Positions 48,201 to 56,100 of a DNA stretch of 64,000 nucleotides are shown one piece after another (position 1 is the first letter of the stretch; every line of letters begins with the position of its first letter). Both the position numbers and the translations under genes were made by a program. The notes under the pieces were generated by a model. The model worked only from the letters and a program-made list of their open reading frames with translations. It did no database searches and had not been told where the DNA came from. This stretch comes from a virus: positions 66,603 through 130,602 of the IMG/VR virus record IMGVR_UViG_3300017917_001030; one strand, given 5' to 3'.

Positions 48201-48202
48201 AA
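39242..48202 (+). CDS. Giant repetitive tail-fibre-like protein, 2986 aa
   Basis: Same repeat as 32029-38307, plus YSNVIGLFAPYET units; C-terminal IGYREVPQ...KVAANTWFISG tip domain. Confidence 0.85.
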   Translation: MAKLLSGSRIYGNATVDTVLTVGGNINAGNIAVNTVSANSLVGINTTSIPEGSNLYYTDARVINAVTSTTLSNLTVSGNVTGTFVGDGSGITNVTATGFSGNTSGVAEGDNLYYTNARVDSYVTPLLNLKADNVDLTTANVAELDNLYYTNARVDSYVAPLLDKKADNVDLTTANVSELDNLYYTNARVDAWIAPNLAANLVPKANVVDLTTANVAERNNLYYTNTRVDSYVTPFLNLKANVADLTTSNVTEGNNLYYTNARVRSTLSGGTGVTYDKVTGQISIGQDVATTSSVTFSSLAVTGNTVFYGNVTTYGANNLVVSDNMIYLNDDSNSNPDIGIAANYNDGTYQHAGFFRDASDGGKWKVYDSYLPEPDANIFIDTSDPSFKLADFAAKTVYANVVGNVTGFVSSIGNFSTSDLAEGSNKYFTDTRARDAVTNTTLSNLTVSGNVTAAYFLGDGSKLVGVTATGFSGNTTGVAEGENLYYTNARVDAWIAPNLASNLVSKANVVDLTTANVAELNNLYYTNARVAAYIQPSLDAKADNSDLTTANIAELDNLYYTNARVDAWIAPNLAANLVPKANVVDLTTSNVTEGSQLYYTNARVDAWLAPNLAANLVPKANVVDLTTSNVTEGSQLYYTNARVHANVLQALVPYATINYVDGSIANLINGAPAVLDTLYELANALGNDASFATTVTNTLAQKVDTVDFTTANIVELTNLFYTEARANGAIDARVNKAFVDALGVDATTLDGLDSTAFARTGDLTTSNIAEGTNLYYTNARVEAYLVPSLNNKANVSDLTTSNVAEGSQLYYTNARVDAYITPALNLKANVSDLTSGNITETNNLFYTNARVDAWIAPNLASNLVPKANVVDLTTANVAELNNLYYTNARVYSNVIGLFAPYETTANVDYKLGFKADNSDLTTANVAELDNLYYTNARVHANVTETLTAYATKIYVDESVANLVAGAPAVLDTLYELAEALGNDASFATTVTNSLATKAKTTDLTTANVAELTNLYYTNARVYSNVIGLFAPYETTANVDSKLVYKANVVDLTTSNVVEGTNLYFTPGRAVTAVENTTLSNLTVSGNVSALYFLGDGSLLTGVTATGFSGNTSGILEGDNLFYTNARVYSNVIGLFAPYETTANVDSKLVYKANVVDLTTSNVVEGDNLYYTNERVYSNVIGLFAPYETTASVNAKLVYKANVVDLTTSNVVEGNNLYYTDARVYSNVIGLFAPYETKANVALKANIVDLTTSNVVEGSQLYYTNARVHSNVVSALATYATKVYVDQSVANLVAGAPAVLDTLYELAGALGNDASFATTVTNSLATKAKTTDLTTANVIELNNLYYTEARANASINNVVDKYYVQALNIDVYNTQIFGKITNAQLETPYVTINGVTTTLGDSTNIAATLSNSITFNDTGNGDNPTIFDGSASKTISYNTIGAAPNSFVITSLAGKVNYPDLTTSNIAELDNLYYTNARVYSNVIGLFAPYETTASVNGKLALKANLTSLTTANVTELNNLYYTNARVYSNVIGLFAPYATVSNVNLKANISQLTTANVVELNNLYYTNSRAYSNIITTLPTYGGDILLTNLTANGRVTFNLPSSGTTDFTIASGIATAFKTRFGTTATNQYSWRTNMYYDGANWQKDDASRGAWRNNHLVQTTDTGSAVQLAYAPVGSTTAVEMMSLNGIGNLTIRGNIITTNGVFIGDGSGLSNINAGVFSGNTDTILEGVSNLYYSNARVYSNVIGLFAPYETTANVDSKLVYKANVVDLTTANIAELNNLYYTNARVYSNVIGLFTPYETTANVDNKLVTKANVTDLTTSNVVEGNNLYYTNARVRTALSGGTGVTYNPSTGAISIGQDVSTTSSVIFNDLRVNGNAVFYGSVTTYGANNLVVSDNMIYLNDGDSNSNPDIGIAGNYNDGTYKHTGFFRDASDGNWKVYDSYALEPDANIFIDTSHPSFRLANIQANLFIGDLKGNVIGSMVGTVSSISNFTTSDLREGSNLYYTNARVYSNVIGLFAPYATIASLNLKANIVDLTTSNVVEGNNLYYSNARVHSNVVAALSNYTGTINGTIINASNVNTNNLIANTIITGGSGGNIEGANYITANYILGNVISPSTVQAQYFVGNGALLTGITAGAFTGTTFDIAEGGSNLYYTNARVYSNVIGLFAPYETISNVALKANIVDLTTSNVAEGTQLYFTNSRVYANVLGVLSNYVSAANLAVKANVYDLTTANVVELNNLYYTNSRVYANVIELLPTYTGFISGVFTGDGSGLTGVSAASFTGNTSVIPEGANLYYTNARVYANVVSMLPTFTGNIRAGNIIASGVITGANGSVGGTITGASLIQANILSAFTWNNLYTTNVIERGTSLYFSNTRVQNYLAGVSQDIVPVSNNVINLGSPTKRFNKLYLAGNTIDLGGMTISETSGELVVINQYGNVVLQANGIAGVNSFNNLQGDITLEQIGGAVRESNVLITDYITETGSNLFYSNDRVYANVSMANISIFEDVDTVTSAPVYGQVLTWTGTVWAPSNVAQSAAAENANVANSVGTLSNFTTTDLAEGNNLYYTNARVYSNIIQLGYATTTYVNQAVANIVNGAPAVLDTLYELANALGNDASFATTVTNSLATKARTSDLTTANVIELTNLYYTNARVYSNVIGLFAPYETKTNVALKANVVDLTTSNVVENTNLYYTNARVRANVISLLPTLAGAGIAIDANGVISANVLTAEISVPMQEFIGDAATTIFTLNRSVTNATNVLLLVDGLVQTPTTDYSISGTTLTLTDAPATGSNIVVRYPLGLSVSTAAPALNGGTGVSVVGSNISIGQNVSTTANVTFASLSVTGNTTFAGNVVGANIQANVFVGNISGNVLESGNSFAIGYREVPQRTASTAYTFINDDRSKHVYYTGADANVTIPADGSTTGGTFPVGAVLTVINNGSGNVTLTGTPTLFMAGNTTSGSRVLGTKGMASLIKVAANTWFISGAGLT

Positions 48203-49161
48203 TGGCAGGCGCACTGGCATTAATGGCGTCGGGTGTAGTTGCTCAGCAAGGACATAGTATGCGAAATGCTGCTTCCTCGGGCCCGGCTGCACCTGGACAA
48301 CAAGCATACACAACAGCAGGAACTTATACGTGGGTTGCACCTGCAGGTGTAACTAGTGTTTGTGTAGTGTGCGTTGGGGGCGGCGGAGCTGGAGGTGTTC
48401 CTGGTTATCTAAGAATGGGTGCTGGCGGCGGAGGCGGTGGTCTTGGCTATAAAAATAATATTTCTGTTACTCCTGGTCAAAGTTATACAGTAGTAGTAGG
48501 TGCGGGTGGAACAGCTCCTCCCAAATCTCCTTATTATCAAGACGGTGGCTCTGGAGGTGATAGTTATTTTATAAACTCTACCACTGTTAAAGGTGCAGGT
48601 GGTAGCGGGGCAACTGGGTCAGGGGAAGTAGGCGGAGCAGGTGGTAGCTATGTAGGCGACGGCGGCGGCAATGGTGGCCAAGGAGGTTGGTTCGATTCTG
48701 GAACATATGGTTCTCCACCAAACGGCGCAGCTGGCGGCGGTGGCGCAGGTGGTTACTCAGGTACAGGAGGCGCAGGTGGATATGGCGGCGCAAGTCCCTA
48801 TTAATCTGATCCAAAGAATTTAGGTACTGCTGGTTCTGGCGGTGCTGGCGGTGGCGGTGGCGGCAGTTATAATAACGGTGGCGGCTATGTTGGATCAGGA
48901 GCCGGTGGCGTTGGAATTTTGGGCGCTGGCGCGAACGGCTCTGCCGGCGGTAATGGTGGCGGTGGCGGCGGCGGCTCAGGCGGAGGCAGCGGTGCAGGAG
49001 GCGGATATAGTAGATTTGCAGCACCTGGAACATACGGTGGCGGCGCTGGCGGAAACTATAGCTCAAATTCCCAATCAAATGCTCCTGGTGCGTCTGGCGC
49101 CGTGCGCATAATTTGGGGTGCTGGTAGATCTTTCCCAAGCACTAATACAGGAGACGTATAA
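48202..49161 (+). pseudogene. Glycine-rich adhesin-like gene interrupted by a single in-frame TAA (48802-48804)
   Basis: The frame continues past the TAA to GAVRIIWGAGRSFPSTNTGDV*; homologous to the ORF at 63416. Confidence 0.75.
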
Positions 49162-49565
49162 TGGAATTATTCATTAGAGTAGAAAACGGACAGTTAAAAG
49201 ACCATCCTATTATAAAAGAAAACCTTTTGCAAGTTTATCCCGACTTAGATTTTAATCTTTTGCCTGAATGGTTGATGCCATTTCAAAGAATAGAAGCACC
49301 TAGAATCGGTCCTTATGAAAAGAATCTACGTTGTGTTTATGAAATAGTAAATGGTGTTGCAAAAGACGTTTGGTATACAGATCAAATGACACCGGAAGAA
49401 AAACTGGCTAAACAAAACGCTATAAAAGATACATGGGCACGTGTAGGGTTTGCTAGCTGGACGTTTGACGAAAATTTATGCGACTTTGTTCCTCCTATTC
49501 CATATCCAAATGATAATAACAATTATTCTTGGAATGAAAATGAACAAACATGGGTACCAGTTTAA
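49161..49565 (+). CDS. Tail-fibre assembly/chaperone-like protein
   Basis: Follows the adhesin-like gene; SWTFDE...PPIPYP.D...Y.WNE..QTW. Confidence 0.55.
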   Translation: MELFIRVENGQLKDHPIIKENLLQVYPDLDFNLLPEWLMPFQRIEAPRIGPYEKNLRCVYEIVNGVAKDVWYTDQMTPEEKLAKQNAIKDTWARVGFASWTFDENLCDFVPPIPYPNDNNNYSWNENEQTWVPV

Positions 49566-49623
49566 TCTATTTTGAAATGAAAAATTGCTTTAATAAATAA
49601 TAAAAATAAGTTCAGGATTGTAG

Positions 49624-52600
49624 ATGCCAATACGCAGAATAGATCATACGTATATCAAAACAAGAGGTGCTAACACCAATGATATACTTAGAGTTAATTC
49701 CGGAAACCTAGAATATATATCCGGAAATACAGTGGTTATACAAGCACTGTATGGTCTTGCCGGCAACAATGTCACAATCGACGCTAACGGAAAAATTAAT
49801 GCCACTGCTACAGGTGGTGGCGGTAGTGTTACACAAGCAAATTTAACAACAGCTAACGTTGTAGAACTTAATAATCTATACTTCAGTAACGCACGAGTAA
49901 AAGATTCTATCTCCAAACAAACTTTAAGTAATGCTACTTTTAGTGGGGATATTGTTGTAGGTGGTCTACTTCGTGCATCGGCTCAGGGTGGCGACGAAGG
50001 CGGACAAATTGAGTTAGCTAATGCCATAACTAACTCCACGTTAAATGGCCCAATCAATATTGATGTTTATCAAAACAAACTTAGAATTTTTGAATCTAGT
50101 GGTAGCAATCGAGGCGTTTATGTAGATCTATCCACAGCTAGCGGGGGTGTTGGCACTAACCTAATAGGTGGCGGTACTGGCACCATTACACAGGTTGGTA
50201 GTGTAACAACTGGCGGTGTTCCTAATTCAGAGATTGTTTCCATTCTGACTACAACAGGTGTTCTAACAACAGCTAACGTAACGGAATTAAACAACCTTTA
50301 CTACACCAATGCTAGAGTTTACGCTAACGTTGTTTCAGCACTAACTACTTATACTGGCAATATTAGTGCAGGTAATCTAATTGCTAATTCGATTACAACT
50401 GCCGGTACTTCTGGTAATATTACAGGCGTCAACTACATTACTGCCAATTATGTTTTGGGCAATGTTATTAGTTCGGGTAACGTGCAGGCGCAATATTTCT
50501 TAGGCAATGGTGCTTTACTAACAGGAATAACCGCAGGCGGATTCTCTGGCAACACTACTGGTATCGCAGAAGGTGCAAATTTATATTACACCAATGCTAG
50601 AGTTTATTCCAACGTTGTTTCTTTACTAACAACATACACGGGAAATATTAACGCCGGCAATTTAATCGCCAATTCGATTACAACTGCTGGTACTTCTGGT
50701 AACATTACGGGTGTTAATTACATCACTGCCAATTATGTTCTCGGCAACGTAGTTAGTTCTGGTAATGTCCAAGCTCAGTATTTCTTGGGTAATGGTGCAC
50801 TTCTAACAGGCATCACTGCTGGTGGATTCTCTGGTAACACTACTGGTATCGCAGAAGGTGCAAATTTATATTACACCAACGCAAGAGTTTACGCTAACGT
50901 TATTTCCTTATTGCCCACATATACTGGCAATGTTAATGCTGGTAATGTTATTGCAAATACAGTTATAATTGGTTCTAGATTAATAACATCGGGTAGTGGC
51001 GGCAACATTAGCGGTGTTAATTTTATTACTGCAAACCAAGTTCTTGCTAATGTAACGGCTTCGGGTAACGTTCAAGCGCAATATTTCTTAGGTAACGGTG
51101 CACTTCTAACAGGTATCACTGCTGGTGGATTCTCCGGCAACACTACCGGTATTGCTGAAGGCGCTAATCTATATTACACTAACGCAAGAGTATATGCTAA
51201 TGTAATTTCCTTGTTGCCAAATTATACCGGTAATCTAAGTGCTGGTAATGTTAATACAGGTAACTTAATAATTACAACATCACTATCGACCTCCGGAGCA
51301 GGTGGTAATATTAGTGGCGCTGATTATATAATTGCGAACCAAGTTCTTGCTAATGTAACAGCTTCGGGTAACGTAACGGCTCAGTATTTCTTGGGCAACG
51401 GTGCTTTATTGTCCGGTATTACTGCGGGGGGATTCTCTGGTAACACGTCCGGCATCGCTGAAGGCGCAAACCTATATTATACCAATGCAAGAGTTTACGC
51501 TAACGTTATTTCGTTACTACCAAATTATACAGGTAATTTAGCTGCAGGTAACATAAATGTAGGTAATTTAGTAATATCCACCACAATAACAACTGCCGGC
51601 ACTGGTGGTAATATTGGTGGGGCTAATTATGTGTTTGCTAATCAAGTTGTTGCTAACGTAACTGCTTCAGGTAATGTCCAAGCTCAGTATTTCCTAGGTA
51701 ACGGCGCATTATTAACAGGCATTACCGCCGGCGGCTTCTCTGGTAATACTACCGGTATTGCTGAAGGCGCTAATCTATATTACACTAATGCAAGAGTAAG
51801 AGCTAACGTTGTTGCGTTGTTGCCAAATTATGGCGGTAATATTCTTGCTCAAATTGTTGAGGCATCTATTTGGAACGGCCTGTATACCGGTAACGTAACA
51901 GAATCAGGTATAAACTTATACTTCTCTAATATTAGAGCAAGACAAGCAGTAGGTGCAAGTACGGGTGTAATATATGATGTAAACACTGGTCTATTTGCTA
52001 TTGGTCAGAATGTTGCACCTACAGCTAACGTAACGTTTAATAACCTTACAGTAACAGGAACAACTACATACTATGGTAATGTAACCACATATAATTCAAA
52101 TAATCTCGTCGTTGGCGAGAACATGATTTATTTGAATGACGGTGATGATACATCTAATCCCGATATTGGTATTTCTGGTAACTATAACGACGGAACATAT
52201 AAGCATACTGGCTTCTTTAGAGACGCAACAGATGGAAATTGGAAGGTATATGATTCTTATACTCCAGAACCATCCGCAAATATCTTTATTAATACCGAGC
52301 ATGCGTCATTTAGACTTGCTAATATTCAAGCTAACGTCTTTGTTGGTAGTTTAGTAGGTAACGTAACTGGTCTTGTATCATCCATTAGTAACTTCTCTAC
52401 TACTAACCTAAGAGAAGGCTCTAATCTATACTATAGTAATGACCGTGTTCGTTCAAACGTAATTTCATTATTACAAACATTAGCCGGCAATAACATTACT
52501 ATTGATGCTAATGGTAAGATCAATTCTACTGCTACAGGCGGTGGGGGTAGCGGTAATATAACAATAGTATCTCTGGGAACTATTCAGAGCAGTGATACAT

Positions 52601-52848
52601 ATGTAGGTGGAAACTCAAATATTATTCTAACATCTACTGTAGTTAGCGCAAAAGATGTTATCGTTACAATAGATGGTTTGACACAGATACCTACATTAGA
52701 TTACTATGTTGCAGGCAATGTTCTAGCATTCACAAGTGCACCTCCAGCAAACTCTACTATTGAAACAAAGATCATATCGACTGCAGCAACTAATCATAGT
52801 TATATTGCACAATATGTAATCCATCCATTCTTGTTAATGGGTGCATAA
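49624..52848 (+). CDS. Repetitive fibre protein, 1074 aa, with about five tandem 95-100 aa repeats
   Basis: Repeated VQAQYFLGNGALLTGITAGGFSGNTTGIAEGANLYYTNARV; C-terminal HPFLLMGA. Confidence 0.85.
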   Translation: MPIRRIDHTYIKTRGANTNDILRVNSGNLEYISGNTVVIQALYGLAGNNVTIDANGKINATATGGGGSVTQANLTTANVVELNNLYFSNARVKDSISKQTLSNATFSGDIVVGGLLRASAQGGDEGGQIELANAITNSTLNGPINIDVYQNKLRIFESSGSNRGVYVDLSTASGGVGTNLIGGGTGTITQVGSVTTGGVPNSEIVSILTTTGVLTTANVTELNNLYYTNARVYANVVSALTTYTGNISAGNLIANSITTAGTSGNITGVNYITANYVLGNVISSGNVQAQYFLGNGALLTGITAGGFSGNTTGIAEGANLYYTNARVYSNVVSLLTTYTGNINAGNLIANSITTAGTSGNITGVNYITANYVLGNVVSSGNVQAQYFLGNGALLTGITAGGFSGNTTGIAEGANLYYTNARVYANVISLLPTYTGNVNAGNVIANTVIIGSRLITSGSGGNISGVNFITANQVLANVTASGNVQAQYFLGNGALLTGITAGGFSGNTTGIAEGANLYYTNARVYANVISLLPNYTGNLSAGNVNTGNLIITTSLSTSGAGGNISGADYIIANQVLANVTASGNVTAQYFLGNGALLSGITAGGFSGNTSGIAEGANLYYTNARVYANVISLLPNYTGNLAAGNINVGNLVISTTITTAGTGGNIGGANYVFANQVVANVTASGNVQAQYFLGNGALLTGITAGGFSGNTTGIAEGANLYYTNARVRANVVALLPNYGGNILAQIVEASIWNGLYTGNVTESGINLYFSNIRARQAVGASTGVIYDVNTGLFAIGQNVAPTANVTFNNLTVTGTTTYYGNVTTYNSNNLVVGENMIYLNDGDDTSNPDIGISGNYNDGTYKHTGFFRDATDGNWKVYDSYTPEPSANIFINTEHASFRLANIQANVFVGSLVGNVTGLVSSISNFSTTNLREGSNLYYSNDRVRSNVISLLQTLAGNNITIDANGKINSTATGGGGSGNITIVSLGTIQSSDTYVGGNSNIILTSTVVSAKDVIVTIDGLTQIPTLDYYVAGNVLAFTSAPPANSTIETKIISTAATNHSYIAQYVIHPFLLMGA

Positions 52849-52857
52849 GGAAAGAAA

Positions 52858-53187
52858 ATGGGAATAATCTATAAGGTTTTAGGGCAAATAAACCCAACTG
52901 CTAATACAATAACAGATTTGTATACTGCCCCGTCTGGTGCAAATACAATCATCAGTACAATATCGGTATGTAATCAAACGAACGTTTCAAGTAATTTTGA
53001 TATTGCTGTTGTACCTAGCGGCGATACATTGGGCGCTAAGAATTATATAAACTTTAATACTCCCTTGCCCGCAAGTGATACCATTACTCTGACACTTGGA
53101 TTGACTTTGGCAGCGGGTGATAAAGTTCGCGCAAATGTGAGATCATCGACTATTAGTGTAAATGCTTACGGAAGCGAGATAACATAA
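52858..53187 (+). CDS. Small virion structural protein
   Basis: YKVLGQ.NP...STISVCNQ...YGSEIT, typical of fibre-associated adaptor proteins. Confidence 0.7.
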   Translation: MGIIYKVLGQINPTANTITDLYTAPSGANTIISTISVCNQTNVSSNFDIAVVPSGDTLGAKNYINFNTPLPASDTITLTLGLTLAAGDKVRANVRSSTISVNAYGSEIT

Positions 53188-56100
53188 TGGCATTTAAAAC
53201 TTCTGGCGCAAATATCGTTAGAAAATCTTCTACAAGAGCAAGCGGTGTTGCTGCGTATGCCGAGGCGACAAATGAATTTGTTTTATTGGGAAGATCAGTA
53301 GAAGTACAAGATGTATCTATTAAGAAAACATCTGTTGTATCTGGCACTGACCTATCAAAAACAAATTTGGGTGGTCCTGCGATTACCAGTTTGGTTATAA
53401 CAGATAGCAGCTATAATGCCTTAGATGATACTGCAGTATTGCCTGCAGGTGGTTATGCCAAAGTTATCGGTACAGGTTTTCAATCTGGCGCGGTTATCTA
53501 TTTAAATGGTTCGGCACTAACTACAACTTTTATAAGTTCCACTGAGCTAAGAATAGTTATACCTGCGACAAGCCTTGGTACCTATTCTTTAATGTTGTTT
53601 AACCCAGATAATACTGGCGCAATTTATCTAAACTTAGTTACTTCTGAAGCACCATCTTGGATAACCAATGCAGGTAACGTTGCTGCTTATATTGAAACAA
53701 CAAACATAAGTGCAAACGTCAGAGCAAATACTGCAAATAACGACAGTATTACGTATAGTTTAGTTTCTGGTTCTTTGCCTTCCGGTGCTACACTTTATGC
53801 CAACGGTTTAATTGCTGGTACAGCGCCGGCTGAGGCAAACTCAACCACATATTCTTTTGTTATTAATGCTAACGATACGCAGAATCAAAACGTGACTCGT
53901 TCGTTTAGTATGACCATCAATACAGATGTTGTTACATGGTCTTCTCCTGCGGATGGAACGATTTATACTATAGCCAATAGTACAGCGATTTCTAATGTGA
54001 CTCTTGCTGCTACTAATTTAGCAGGTGGAAATATAGTTTATACCGCGAATACGTTACCTGGCGGTGTATCATTGACAAATAATGTATTGTTTGGAACACC
54101 TGCAAATGCATATGCCACAAGTACATTACTAACTGCCAATGCAACTACTACAGGCAGAACATCTACTAGAACGATTCATTGGTCTATTCAGTTGCCAGGC
54201 GATGAATTCTTTAAGTATGTCACAACATTATTAAGTGCAAGTAATTCTGCAAATACATTTGTTAAAGATTCAAGTATTACTAGTGCAAACGTCGTTATAA
54301 GCGGTGATACTAAACCATTTAACTTTAATCCATATACACCTGGTTATTATAGTAATTACTTTGATGGCACTGGCGACTTTTTAAGTACGCCTACCGGTCC
54401 TGCAGCTTTTGATTTCTCATCTACTAAAGATTTAACCTTTGAATGCTGGGTTAATCTTACTACGTCTGGACTCTATTGCTTATTTGACATACAAGAATGT
54501 CAACCGTTTAGATTTATATACAATTCTGGTACGTTTCAATGGCAAGCTACGTCAAGCGGTGGTACTATATTAAGCTACGCATACACTTTAACTCCTGGTA
54601 GATGGTATCACGTTGCATTTGTTAGAAGTGCCGATACATTGTATCTATTTGTCGACGGCGCACTACTTACTACAGCTTCATACACAAGCAATTGGGTCGC
54701 ATCTGCCACCGGCGCGGTTCGAGTGGGATGCAATCGAGGTGATACTTGGTTCGTTAACGGATATATGTCTAGTGTTAGACTTGTAAAAGGAACAGCACTT
54801 TATACATCTGCATTTACTCCATCCATATCGCCACTTACAGCAGTGTCTGGAACAAGTTTATTAACTTGCCAATCAAACAGATTTCTCGACACTAGCTCTA
54901 ATAATTTTACAATAACTAACAATGGTGATACAAAAGTAAGTTCGATTACACCATACACACCAAGTTCAAGTTACAGTACATATGGTAGTACATACTTTGA
55001 TGGTACTGGGGATTATTTAAGTTGGTCTGGAACAAGTATAGCTGGCGATTTTACTGCTGAGGCTTGGGTTTATCCTACTGCTAATGACGCATCTGGTTAT
55101 TGTGTACTTTACGGATCATCTGCGGCTAATAACCAGTTATATTATAATGCAAGTACCGGTGCAGTTGGATTAGTTTTAAATGCTACTACAGTTATTTCAG
55201 CAACAGGAGCAGCAGTTAAACTAAATGCATGGAATCATATTGCCTTTGTTCGTTCTGGGTCTACATGCACAATATATGTAAATGGAGCATCGGCAGCAAC
55301 AGGTACAAATTCTTCTACATTCAACCTAGGATTCTTAGGAACATACGCATATACTTCGTTTGGTTATGAAGTTAACGGTTATGTGACAGATGCAAGAATA
55401 GTTAACGGCACCGCAGTTTATACCGGCGCATTTACTCCACCAACGAGTCCACTAACAGCAGTAACTAACACAGTTTTACTAACATGCCAAGGTAACCAAC
55501 CAGTAGCAAACAATACATTCTTAGATAACAGTACAAACAATTCTTCTATAACAAGAAGCGGTAACACCACACAAGGTAATTTTAGCCCATATGGTGAAGG
55601 TTGGAGTATTAGTAATGATGCTACAGGGTTTATTTACGGAGGAACTCAAACAACTTGGGGATTAGGTGCTTTCACGCTTGAAGGTTGGTTTAATTTTAAT
55701 TCATTTACGGCTAGTACATACATTATGGGTTTCGGTACCAATGCCGGCGGCCAAACTCCATATCTTGATGTATCGATTACAGGAACAGGAACAGCTATAA
55801 CAGTCGAGCTATATTCAACTGTTACCTCCCAATGGATATTCAATGCACCTTTTACTTTCAATAAAGGTCAATGGTATCATATTGCAGCAGTATCTAATGG
55901 CACGACAGTAACTGTATATGTTGACGGGCAATCCAAAACTACCACATTACAACAAGGAACATTTCCAGGAACTTATAATCCTTCTATGAATCCGTGGGCC
56001 GGTGGCATTCTTTATGGTAGCGGTGGCACTCGTACTGACGGTTTAAACGGTTATTTCTCGAACTGCCGTTATGTAATAGGAACAGCAGTATATACTAGTA

